DNA of 60,903 nt from a virus: IMG/VR virus record IMGVR_UViG_3300009703_000001. One strand, written 5' to 3'. Position numbers and translations under genes: made by a program. Below the pieces are notes generated by a model. That model was not told where the DNA came from, searched no databases, and saw only the letters and a list, made by a program, of their open reading frames with translations. Shown here one piece after another: positions 9,953-19,127 of this stretch (positions are counted from its first letter, which is position 1; each line of letters begins with the position of its first letter).

Positions 9953-10567
9953 ATGTTAACTTTACATAGTTGGTTTCCCACAGTAATCGGTGTTACGCAA
10001 TGTCCTTTTATACATGAAATCCAAAAAAAATATAAAGAGTATTTAAATATTAGCGATGAGAGGCCTCAAGAATATCAATATTATCAACTCCATAAAGATG
10101 AAAAATTTAAAAGATTATATGAGTGGCAACAAGAACAAGTAGATACTTTTACAAACGCCCATAATTACAAACCCATGAAAGCTGGTGAGTCGTGGTATAT
10201 TGATTATAAACCATATACAAACAATCATTGGCATAACCACCTAGGGTGGGCTATTAGTACAATATTTTATTTAGAAGCAAACCCAAAAGACGAACCTACA
10301 CGCTTTAGAAGTCCTTCATATCATTCTAGTAATCCTCTATTACTAAGAACAGAGAAAGAAGGTGATACCTTAAATCCTATTGAGATAAATCACGCAAAAC
10401 ACTTTAATGAGTTTACATATCTTACTTGTAATTATAAAGCATCTTCAGGCCGACTATTAGTATTTAAATCCACAGTAGAACATATGACGGATAATAAAAT
10501 ACCTCATTTAGGACCTAGAATAATATTTTCAACCAATTATAATACTATAGAAGGAGGACATTACTAA
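9953..10567 (+). CDS. 2OG-Fe(II) oxygenase, TIGR02466/2OG-FeII_Oxy_5-like
   Basis: WHNHLGW, LLVFKSTVEHMT, RIIFSTNY motifs. Confidence 0.65.
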   Translation: MLTLHSWFPTVIGVTQCPFIHEIQKKYKEYLNISDERPQEYQYYQLHKDEKFKRLYEWQQEQVDTFTNAHNYKPMKAGESWYIDYKPYTNNHWHNHLGWAISTIFYLEANPKDEPTRFRSPSYHSSNPLLLRTEKEGDTLNPIEINHAKHFNEFTYLTCNYKASSGRLLVFKSTVEHMTDNKIPHLGPRIIFSTNYNTIEGGHY

Positions 10568-10569
10568 TT

Positions 10570-10821
10570 ATGAAATTTCAATTAAATGACGATGTAACCG
10601 AAGGAGCTATTGTTTTTACTGATGAAGAACTTGAAATCATTAAAAAGAATGGTAATAAATTTGTTTTTAAACGAGAAAATGTTTATACTCTTACTAATGG
10701 TATCTTAGGCCTTATAGCTCATCTACAAAAAGCAATAAAAGATGAAGAAAGAAAAGACCCTGAAAACAATAAATTTGTTAACGATTTAGAGGTATTGCCT
10801 GTGGATCTTTCAAAAAAATAA
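10570..10821 (+). CDS. hypothetical protein
   Basis: 83-aa ORF, tightly packed. Confidence 0.5.
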   Translation: MKFQLNDDVTEGAIVFTDEELEIIKKNGNKFVFKRENVYTLTNGILGLIAHLQKAIKDEERKDPENNKFVNDLEVLPVDLSKK

Positions 10822-10841
10822 ATGATATGGTATCATAGCAT

Positions 10842-12986
10842 ATGCCATTAACAAATGTAAAAATACAACCAGGCTTTGATAAACAATTAACACCTACAGG
10901 TGCTGCAGGAAGATGGACTGATGGGGATTTTGTTAGATTTAGATACGGTCTTCCTGAAAAAATAGGGGGCTGGGAAGAAATCTTAAATAGCACTCTAATA
11001 GGAGCAGTTAGAGAACAACTCGTTTGGGCAGATTTAGATGGTAGAAAATATGTGGCTTTAGGAACGAGTAAAGTTTTAGTTATTTATTATGGAGGAGCAT
11101 TCTATGATATTACTCCTTTAGAAAGCGCTATTACAGGTGCAACTTTTGATGCTACTCTTAATGACCCTGTGGTTACTGTCAATAAAGTAGCACATGGATT
11201 AGAAGCAGGAGATCTATTTACATTCACTTCTGTTACAGTCCCAACAGGCTCAGGGTATACTACAGGAGCTTTTGAAGATCAAACTTTTGAAGTAATTACT
11301 GTACCTACAGTTGACACTTTTACAGTTACAATGGCTACCAATTCTGCTGGTAATACTTCAGGTACAGGATCTGCTGTTATAAATCCTTACATTACCGTAG
11401 GTCCTTTAAATCAATCTTTTGGTTATGGTTTTGGAACATCTGGATGGGGAGGAGCAACAGGAATTTTAGGAACTTTAAATGGTTCTTTATTAAACGATAC
11501 TGCAGGTACGGGGGGTGTAGGCACTTCTATAACTTTGGCTTCCACTACAGGATTTCCTACAAGTGGGGTTGTAAGAGTTGGTACCGAATTAATTTCATAC
11601 ACAGGAATTTCAGGTAACGATTTAACTACTATTACTAGAGGAGTTAATGGATCTTCAAAAGATGCACATAGTAGTGGTGCTGCCGTAGAATTTTTTATAG
11701 CATGGGGGGAAGCTTCTACGAGTTCAACTGTATTAATAGAACCTGCATCTTGGTCTTTAGATCATTTTGGAGAAACCTTAATTGCAACGGTTAAAAATGG
11801 AAAAACTTATGAATGGGCTCCTCTTGCATCTTCAGGAGCAGCATTAACTACTCGAGCCACTGCAGTGAGTGGTGCACCAACTAGATCAGTAATGTCTATT
11901 GTCTCTGAAAGAGATAGACATTTACTTATTTTGGGAACAGAAACAACTATAGGAAGTACAGGTTCACAAGATAAAATGTTTATTAGATTTTCAGATCAAG
12001 AAGATATTAATGATTATTCCCCTACTTCTGTTAATACTGCAGGAACATTTAGATTAGATTCAGGGGTTACAATTGTAGGAGCAGCAAAAGCTAAAGATTA
12101 TATATTAATTGTAACTGATACTTCTGCGTATGTTATACAGTTTGTAGGACCTCCTTTTACATTTTCTATTAGACAAGTAGGATCTAGTTGTGGATTGATT
12201 GGTCAACATGCTATTAAATATGTTAATGGTGCTGTGTGGTGGATGGGACAAGCAGGAGGATTTTTTGTTTATGATGGTACAGTTAAAGCACTTCCATGTT
12301 TAGTAGAAGATTTTGTATTTACGAATAAGGGTGATAATTTAGGAATAAATTATAATAGTGGTGAACAAATTTATGCAGGTTTGAATCATTTATATGGAGA
12401 AATAAATTGGTTTTATCCTAAATCAGGTTCAACCCAAATAGATAGAATAGTAACTTATAATTATGAAGAAAATGTATGGACAACAGGCTCCTTAGACAGA
12501 ACAACTTGGGTTGATGCAACTTTATTTCCTAATCCATACGCCACTAAATTTAACTCAACAAATACTCCTACATTTCCTACAATACAAGGTGTAACCAATA
12601 CCAATGGAGCGAGTACATATTTTGCTCACGAAGTAGGAAATAATGAAGTAAATTCAGCGGGTACTAAAACAGCAATTCCAGCATTTATTCAATCTGGAGA
12701 TTTTGATTTATCAGATGGACAAATTTTTATGAGTATAAGAAGATTTATACCTGATTTTAAATTACTTACAGGAGATGCACAAGTTACAATAAATCTTAGA
12801 GACTATCCCTCTGACACTAAAACATCCTCGCCTCTCGGACCTTTTACAGTAAATAGTTCTACTGACAAAGTAGATACACGAGCTCGATCAAGAGGAGCTA
12901 GTTTAAAAATAGCTAATACATCAACCGATCAAAATTGGAGATTTGGTACTTTTAGAGCAGATGTTCAACCCGATGGAATGAGATAA
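10842..12986 (+). CDS. large tail structural protein (tail tubular/nozzle protein B-like?)
   Basis: 714 aa; N-terminal GRWTDGDFVRFRYGLPEKIGGWE; contains an ELISYTG...ITRG...AHSSGA module. Confidence 0.45.
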   Translation: MPLTNVKIQPGFDKQLTPTGAAGRWTDGDFVRFRYGLPEKIGGWEEILNSTLIGAVREQLVWADLDGRKYVALGTSKVLVIYYGGAFYDITPLESAITGATFDATLNDPVVTVNKVAHGLEAGDLFTFTSVTVPTGSGYTTGAFEDQTFEVITVPTVDTFTVTMATNSAGNTSGTGSAVINPYITVGPLNQSFGYGFGTSGWGGATGILGTLNGSLLNDTAGTGGVGTSITLASTTGFPTSGVVRVGTELISYTGISGNDLTTITRGVNGSSKDAHSSGAAVEFFIAWGEASTSSTVLIEPASWSLDHFGETLIATVKNGKTYEWAPLASSGAALTTRATAVSGAPTRSVMSIVSERDRHLLILGTETTIGSTGSQDKMFIRFSDQEDINDYSPTSVNTAGTFRLDSGVTIVGAAKAKDYILIVTDTSAYVIQFVGPPFTFSIRQVGSSCGLIGQHAIKYVNGAVWWMGQAGGFFVYDGTVKALPCLVEDFVFTNKGDNLGINYNSGEQIYAGLNHLYGEINWFYPKSGSTQIDRIVTYNYEENVWTTGSLDRTTWVDATLFPNPYATKFNSTNTPTFPTIQGVTNTNGASTYFAHEVGNNEVNSAGTKTAIPAFIQSGDFDLSDGQIFMSIRRFIPDFKLLTGDAQVTINLRDYPSDTKTSSPLGPFTVNSSTDKVDTRARSRGASLKIANTSTDQNWRFGTFRADVQPDGMR

Positions 12987-13150
12987 TGGCAAAAATAAAC
13001 ATTCAAATACCCGAACCTAGAAATGAATACGATGTAGGTAATCAAAGACAAATACTAGAATCATTAAATACTTTAAAAAATCAACTTAATTTTTCTTTTC
13101 AATTTGACTTGAAAAACGAACAAGATTCGTTTAATTGGTTTATATCATGA
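12986..13150 (+). CDS. small hypothetical protein (54 aa)
   Basis: Hand-translated MAKINIQIPEPRNEYDVGNQ...; TAATG and ATGA overlaps on both sides. Confidence 0.45.
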   Translation: MAKINIQIPEPRNEYDVGNQRQILESLNTLKNQLNFSFQFDLKNEQDSFNWFIS

Positions 13151-13491
13151 CAATACAATATAAAAATGCTGGAATAAATTTAACTACTACAAATACTGTA
13201 GATATTCTTACCTCGCCAGCTTCAGCGAGATGTTTAATTAAACAAATACAACTAAGTAATGGATCAGCAGTAGGAGCCCTTGCAGTAGTTACGCAAGTTA
13301 CCGATTCCTCTGCTTCTACAACCTATAGAATTAGCAATCAAAGTATAGCAGCTTCAGCTACTACAGATATAATTACTAAAACTTTAGTCTTAGAAGAAAG
13401 TGATGTATTAAAAATGACATGTAGCACTAAAGATGAAATTCAAGGAATTGTTTCTTATGCTCAAATAGATAGATCGCAGGAAAACGGTTAA
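13147..13491 (+). CDS. hypothetical structural-module protein
   Basis: ATGA-coupled start (MTIQYKNAG...); the track ORF begins at 13135. Confidence 0.55.
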   Translation: MTIQYKNAGINLTTTNTVDILTSPASARCLIKQIQLSNGSAVGALAVVTQVTDSSASTTYRISNQSIAASATTDIITKTLVLEESDVLKMTCSTKDEIQGIVSYAQIDRSQENG

Positions 13492-13946
13492 TGATCCAAA
13501 TACATAATTTTTTAAGTAAAGATCTTTGTGATTTTTTAATTAAATATTTTCACAGACATAAAAAAAACGCTTCTTCTTTTTCCCACGGAAGTATACTTGA
13601 TGTAATAGATCCAAAAAATAATGAACTAACTATTCAAAATTTAAGAAATGTTTACAAAAAAATATATCCTTTAAAGCAACTGACTAAGATGGAATTACTC
13701 TCTTGGAAGGTAGGGGAGTCGCAGGATTGGCATAATGATACCGTAAATTATGATCAAACAACTATCACCTATTTAAATGATGGTTTTCAAGGAGGAAGAA
13801 CTGAAGTAGGTCGTCCACCCGATGGTTATAAGGCAGAACCACATGTAGGTAAGATTATATTATTTCCCTCTTCTGTTGAACATAAAGTTACCGAATTAAT
13901 TTTAGGAGAAAGATATGTAATTATGGCTTGGTACAAAGATGGCTAG
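13491..13946 (+). CDS. 2OG-Fe(II) oxygenase (P4H-like)
   Basis: DWHNDT (HxD), FQGGRTEV, SSVEHKVTELILGERYVIMAWY. Confidence 0.7.
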   Translation: MIQIHNFLSKDLCDFLIKYFHRHKKNASSFSHGSILDVIDPKNNELTIQNLRNVYKKIYPLKQLTKMELLSWKVGESQDWHNDTVNYDQTTITYLNDGFQGGRTEVGRPPDGYKAEPHVGKIILFPSSVEHKVTELILGERYVIMAWYKDG

Positions 13947-14070
13947 GATAAAATTTTTAAACTTTACTCCTCGTGATAAACCAAGGAAACGTCCTGGAAG
14001 GCATAAAAAAAGACTTAACAAACATGAAAAAAGAAGTTATAAGAAATATAATCAACAAGGAAAAAAATAA
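13939..14070 (+). CDS. very basic 43-aa ORF
   Basis: Hand-translated MARIKFLNFTPRDKPRKRPGRHKKRLNKHEKRSYKKYNQQGKK. Confidence 0.3.
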   Translation: MARIKFLNFTPRDKPRKRPGRHKKRLNKHEKRSYKKYNQQGKK

Positions 14071-14072
14071 TT

Positions 14073-14270
14073 ATGAGTGATATAATAAAAATACCAGCAG
14101 AAGCTGTAGAAATAGTTAAAAATAAAAGAACAGGTAAAGTCTATAAAGACAAAGCCGAGTTTGATGCTGATGTAGCTAACCCAAGTACCGATACTAAAGA
14201 TGAGGATTTCAGACAAGATTTACAAATAACAGTTGCAAAGTTAACTTTATTTGGTAAAACAAAAGACTGA
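14073..14270 (+). CDS. hypothetical protein
   Basis: 65-aa ORF; stop overlaps the next start. Confidence 0.5.
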   Translation: MSDIIKIPAEAVEIVKNKRTGKVYKDKAEFDADVANPSTDTKDEDFRQDLQITVAKLTLFGKTKD

Positions 14271-15208
14271 TGAATCCACGAGGCGGTACCGAATTACAAA
14301 TGGAAATGCTCCAAAAGCATTGTCCTAAAAAATTATTAGATCAAGTACAAATTTGTACTTCTATTCCTGGGAAAGTTCCGTTAGATCCTACTAAATTAAA
14401 TATTTTATGGCAAAAGAATTCTTATGATCAATCTAACTTACAAGAATTTTTTTCTAATCCCACAAGACATAAAGAATATGATTGGTATGTATTTAATTCT
14501 CATTGGAATTATGAAAAGTTTAGATATTTTTTTAACATTCCAGAAGACAGGTCTATAGTTATTAAAAACGGTTGCACTAATTTTCCTAAAAGAAAAATTT
14601 ATAAAAAAGGAGATCCTATAAAGATTCTTCATCATTGTACTCCATGGAGAGGATTAAATATTTTATTACTCGCTATGCAGCATTTAAAAGACACTAACAT
14701 TACTTTAGATGTATATAGTTCTAGTCAAGTGTATGGAGATGCCTTTAAAAATGCAAATGATAAGCAATTCCAACCTCTATATGAACAAGCTAAACAATTA
14801 CCTAATGTAAATTATATTGGTTATAAACCTCATGAATATATACTAGAACACATTACTGATTATGACATGTTCGTTTATCCAAGTATATTTGAAGAAACTT
14901 TTTGTATATCAGCTCTAGAAGCTTTATCAGCAGGACTTCATGTAATTACAAATAATTTAGGAGCTTTATATGAAACTTGTGCTGAATGGCCTGTTTATAT
15001 TAACTACACTCAAAACTATGAGATTATGAGTCAAGCAACAGCTGAAGCTATTAAAGTAGCCTCGAGTTATTTGCATGAAGATTATATTCAAGAACATTTA
15101 GAAGAACAAACCAAATTCTATAAAAGATTTTATAATTGGAATAAAAAAGGAATGGAATGGGAAAGTTTTTTATCAGGAGCCTTAAGTGCCAAATTACATA
15201 AAGCCTAG
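14270..15208 (+). CDS. glycosyltransferase, GT-B (family 1/4-like)
   Basis: YPSIFEETFCISALEALSAGLHVITNNLGALYE matches the E-x7-E region of GT1/GT4 enzymes. Confidence 0.7.
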   Translation: MNPRGGTELQMEMLQKHCPKKLLDQVQICTSIPGKVPLDPTKLNILWQKNSYDQSNLQEFFSNPTRHKEYDWYVFNSHWNYEKFRYFFNIPEDRSIVIKNGCTNFPKRKIYKKGDPIKILHHCTPWRGLNILLLAMQHLKDTNITLDVYSSSQVYGDAFKNANDKQFQPLYEQAKQLPNVNYIGYKPHEYILEHITDYDMFVYPSIFEETFCISALEALSAGLHVITNNLGALYETCAEWPVYINYTQNYEIMSQATAEAIKVASSYLHEDYIQEHLEEQTKFYKRFYNWNKKGMEWESFLSGALSAKLHKA

Positions 15209-16031
15209 ACCTACAATCGCACCCTATTCAAAAGCCATTCACCCTATGTGGAAAAATGCTAAATTAGAATTAGAGGTTGCTCCTTATTCTATCTTTGTAG
15301 CCACTCCTGTTCATAGTGATGTATCTATTCACTATACTCAATCTTTATTAGAGTTTCAAAAAGCATGTTTAAGAAAAAAAGTAAAAGTACAGTTTCAGCT
15401 CATAAAATCTTCATTAGTTACACAAGGAAGAAATTTATGTGTAGGGGCATTTCTAGAATCAAAAATGTCTCATTTGTTATTTATAGATTCTGATATTGAT
15501 TTTCATGACTCTTCTATCTTTAAAATGATTGACGCAAATAAAGATATAATATCAATTCCTTACCCTTTAAAAACTATGATGTGGGAAAAAGGTTTTGAGA
15601 AGTTTCAAAGAGGGGAAATAAAAAATGCTAAAGATTTAAGTTTAGGTTTAAATTCTTATCCTATGAAAGTAAAGGATAATGGGGATATAAAGGTAGATAA
15701 TGGAATTATTGAAGTAACTCATAGCCCTACGGGATGTATGTTAATTAAAAGAGAAGTTTTTACAAAATTGATTAAAGCCTATCCTGATAAAGGTATAGTT
15801 CAAAAAACTATTATTAATGGAAAATTGGAAGATAGACCTCATATGTGGAATTTTTTTGATTGTTTACATGATCCAGAAAGTAAGACTTATTTAGGAGAAG
15901 ACTTTGCTTTTTGCAAATTATGGAAAGATATAGGAGGTCAATGTTATGCCTATATTCTTGATCCTATTACTCATGTAGGAGAACATTCATATACAGGCCG
16001 ATTTGCTGATGAGTTGATAGTAAATAAATAA
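15186..16031 (+). CDS. putative glycosyltransferase, GT-A fold
   Basis: LLFIDSDIDF (DxD) after a Rossmann-like N-terminus; GTG 15186 or ATG 15246 start. Confidence 0.5.
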   Translation: MPNYIKPRPTIAPYSKAIHPMWKNAKLELEVAPYSIFVATPVHSDVSIHYTQSLLEFQKACLRKKVKVQFQLIKSSLVTQGRNLCVGAFLESKMSHLLFIDSDIDFHDSSIFKMIDANKDIISIPYPLKTMMWEKGFEKFQRGEIKNAKDLSLGLNSYPMKVKDNGDIKVDNGIIEVTHSPTGCMLIKREVFTKLIKAYPDKGIVQKTIINGKLEDRPHMWNFFDCLHDPESKTYLGEDFAFCKLWKDIGGQCYAYILDPITHVGEHSYTGRFADELIVNK

Positions 16032-16066
16032 AATGTTAATATTATCTATAATTAATAAAAGAGATT

Positions 16067-16957
16067 ATGGATCCATTTACAATAGCATTAGCCACATTTG
16101 GCGTACAGAAACTTAGAGGAAAATCAACAAAAAGAGCATTAAGAGATGCAGCTATCTTAGGAGGAGGTGCCTATGGTTTAGGTCAATTAGGAGGTGTTCA
16201 GGCATTTCAAGGTGCACCTTTATCTAGTTTAGGTTTGGGAACAGCAGGCACATCAGCAGGAGCCGCTGGTCTTCAAGCTACTACAGGAACAGTCGCAGCT
16301 AACTCTCCATTTGCTACGGCAGGAGCATCAAGTATGCCAGGTTTTATTGCTCCACCACAACAAAGTGGTCTAGGATCATTACTTACAAAATTTAAAGAGT
16401 CTAGTCCAGGAACTAAAATTGCTATTGGTGCAACATTACTTCCTTTACTAGAAGGCGAAGAAGAACCTGTTAAACCACCATTTAGTGAAGAAGATTATAC
16501 AAAAGCTTATAAAGAACAATCAGCAAAATTAGAAGGAGCATTTCAGCCTACAGAAAATACCATGCCTAGTATGGAAGAGGTGTTTAGTTCAAATATGTTT
16601 TATGCAAACGAAGGGGGATTAGCCGAAGTAGTAAAAAAATTTAATACAGGAGGTGTAAATTATTTACCTTCTAAAATAGACCATGACGAAAATGATTATA
16701 ATAATTATGTAAAAGCTGACGGGTATGTAGAAGATGGTACGGGAAATGGAAATAAAGATAAAGATACAATGTTAGCACAATTAGCTGACGGGGAATTTGT
16801 ATCACGAGCAGATGCAGTATTAGGAGCTGGTATTCTATCGGGAGCTAGTCCTACTGATATGAAAAAAATGAGAGAGCAAGGTGCTACTTTTTTTTATGAT
16901 CAACAAAAAAAATTTAAAAGAATTTATGATTTAACACATGCAAGCAAAACAAATTAA
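16067..16957 (+). CDS. virion-associated protein
   Basis: Gly/Ala-rich N-terminus; LADGEFVSRADAVLGAG motif recalled from marine podovirus virion proteins. Confidence 0.5.
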   Translation: MDPFTIALATFGVQKLRGKSTKRALRDAAILGGGAYGLGQLGGVQAFQGAPLSSLGLGTAGTSAGAAGLQATTGTVAANSPFATAGASSMPGFIAPPQQSGLGSLLTKFKESSPGTKIAIGATLLPLLEGEEEPVKPPFSEEDYTKAYKEQSAKLEGAFQPTENTMPSMEEVFSSNMFYANEGGLAEVVKKFNTGGVNYLPSKIDHDENDYNNYVKADGYVEDGTGNGNKDKDTMLAQLADGEFVSRADAVLGAGILSGASPTDMKKMREQGATFFYDQQKKFKRIYDLTHASKTN

Positions 16958-17399
16958 AATAGAAAAACAAGTAGATGTATTAGAAATAGCATCATCTAAA
17001 ATAGATGATCATTGGAATCTAGTAGATTTTATGTTGAGAGAAGGTTTAAAATATGATGGAGATCCCATGAGTATTTTAGATTTAAAAAAATTCTTAAAAG
17101 AAGGACATATGCAATTGTTTATGATGTTTGGTTCAGATGATGGTGAACAATATAAAGTGTTTGGTGTATGTGTTACTCGAATAACTAAACTTCCTAATTT
17201 TAATCAATGTGAAGTTATTCTTTTAAAAGGAGAGAAAAGAGAATTATGGCAAGATTTACTTGCTAATACACTAGAGAATTTAGCTAAAATAAATTCTTGT
17301 AAAAGAATAGCAGTCCATGCACGACCAGGATGGCAACCTTTTTTAAAAACCAAAGGATGGGCTGTTAAAAGATATTTATACACTAAGGAGATTAAATAA
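16938..17399 (+). CDS. hypothetical protein (possibly GNAT-like)
   Basis: 153-aa ORF; weak acetyltransferase-like beta-alpha pattern only. Confidence 0.4.
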   Translation: MQAKQIKIEKQVDVLEIASSKIDDHWNLVDFMLREGLKYDGDPMSILDLKKFLKEGHMQLFMMFGSDDGEQYKVFGVCVTRITKLPNFNQCEVILLKGEKRELWQDLLANTLENLAKINSCKRIAVHARPGWQPFLKTKGWAVKRYLYTKEIK

Positions 17400-18253
17400 T
17401 GAGTTTTATATTTGGTGGCGGTGGAGGAGGATCTGGTGGAGGCCAGAGTACTTCAGGCACACAAACTAGTATAGCAAGAGAAGCTCCTGGAGTAGAGTCT
17501 CGTAAGTTAGCTTTATATGATCAAGCTGCTAATTTAGCTAAGACTCCTGTAGGGTTACCTGCATTACAAGTAGCTCCACTTTCAGGATTAGAAAAAGCTG
17601 GAATTGCTCAATCGGGTGTAACAGGTATTGGAGCTCCCGCAGTTACTTCAGGAATTGGATCAATACAAGCTGGATTAGCGGCACCAAATATTTCACAGTT
17701 TTTAAATCCTTATCAATCTTATGTGACTGATGAAATTACAAGACAGGCACAAATGGCAACTAATCAATTAGGAGCTCAAGCCGTTGCAAGTGGTGCTTTT
17801 GGTGGAGGAAGACAAGGAATTGCTGAAGCTGAAATTGAAAGAGCAAGACTTGCTAACATTGGGCAAGCACAAGCATCAGGATTTCAAACTGCATTAGCTG
17901 CAGCTCAAAATCAAAGACAACAACAACTTGCAGGTGGTCAACTTTATGGAGCATTAGGTGCTCAACAACAAGCTATGTCTTTATCCGATATTCAAGCTCA
18001 AATGCAAGCAGGAGGTCTGCAAAGACAATTAGGTCAAGCAGGATTAGAGGCGCAAAGACAAACAGCATTACAAAGAGCATATGAACCTTATCAAAGAGTA
18101 GAATTCTTAAAAGGTATCATGACTAATTTACCAACAACACAAAGTACTGTTACAGCAACCACGGCTCCTGGTTCTAATCCTTTATCTCAAGCTTTAGGTA
18201 CAGGTCTTGGTGCTTATTCAGCATACAATATGATGCAACCAAGGCGAGCTTAA
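17399..18253 (+). CDS. Gln/Ala/Gly-rich internal-virion-type protein
   Basis: TAATG coupling; poly-Gly N-terminus; Q/A-rich repeats. Confidence 0.55.
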   Translation: MSFIFGGGGGGSGGGQSTSGTQTSIAREAPGVESRKLALYDQAANLAKTPVGLPALQVAPLSGLEKAGIAQSGVTGIGAPAVTSGIGSIQAGLAAPNISQFLNPYQSYVTDEITRQAQMATNQLGAQAVASGAFGGGRQGIAEAEIERARLANIGQAQASGFQTALAAAQNQRQQQLAGGQLYGALGAQQQAMSLSDIQAQMQAGGLQRQLGQAGLEAQRQTALQRAYEPYQRVEFLKGIMTNLPTTQSTVTATTAPGSNPLSQALGTGLGAYSAYNMMQPRRA

Positions 18254-19119
18254 TGGATGAAGTATTAACTAGAAAACTTTTTAAAAAAAGATATTTTAAA
18301 TCTCTTAAACCTAAAATTAGATATTTTCAGGCAGGAGGGTTAGGATCACTAACTCCTCAAGAAAAAGCAATTTATGCAGCCACGCTTGCGGGACCTTTAT
18401 TACAAGGTAGAGGAGGTCCAGGTCTTGGAGGAGCTTTAGCTGATGTAGGAACCGCAGTTTCAAAATTACCAGCTACTATAATAGAAGTGGAAAAAATGAA
18501 AGCTGCAGGAAAAAAAGGTAGTGGTGTAAGAACACTAACAGAACAAGAACTTGTAGCTTATAATTTACCTAAAGGAACAATTGCTCAAATGAGTGCCGAT
18601 GGTAAAATTTCTATTGTATCTAAACCGTCTGCTGAACAACTTAAACAAATTCAAGGTGGTAAAAGAGTAAGATCAATTTTAAGTAGAGTGGCTGATGATT
18701 ACTATTCACTAAACAAACCTGTAGGTCCTTTATCTTATAGACAACTAGCACCATTTACTAAGGCACTGGGTACAGACTATTCTAAAAGATATGCTGGAAT
18801 GAAAAGTAGAATACAACAAACTACATCTTTTTTAACTCAAGCAATTTCAGGAGCTGCAGTATCAGAACAAGAAGCAGAAAGAATTACAAAATTAATTCCA
18901 CAATTAAGTGATACTGAAGTAACCTTTGAAGCTAAATTACAAGCATTAGATTCTTATTTTGCAGATGCAATTGCTATTGCACAAGATAACAATGCAGATT
19001 TTATGACTGCCATGGAGATAATGGAAAATTCAGGTAAAGGTGCAGAAAACTATTTAGATCTTACTGAAGAAGTAAGTGTTAAAAAATATGATGGTGGCTA
19101 CGATGTTAGCGCCAATTAG
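18253..19119 (+). CDS. internal-virion-type protein
   Basis: TAATG coupling; position between two similar proteins. Confidence 0.5.
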   Translation: MDEVLTRKLFKKRYFKSLKPKIRYFQAGGLGSLTPQEKAIYAATLAGPLLQGRGGPGLGGALADVGTAVSKLPATIIEVEKMKAAGKKGSGVRTLTEQELVAYNLPKGTIAQMSADGKISIVSKPSAEQLKQIQGGKRVRSILSRVADDYYSLNKPVGPLSYRQLAPFTKALGTDYSKRYAGMKSRIQQTTSFLTQAISGAAVSEQEAERITKLIPQLSDTEVTFEAKLQALDSYFADAIAIAQDNNADFMTAMEIMENSGKGAENYLDLTEEVSVKKYDGGYDVSAN

Positions 19120-19127
19120 GGGGATCA

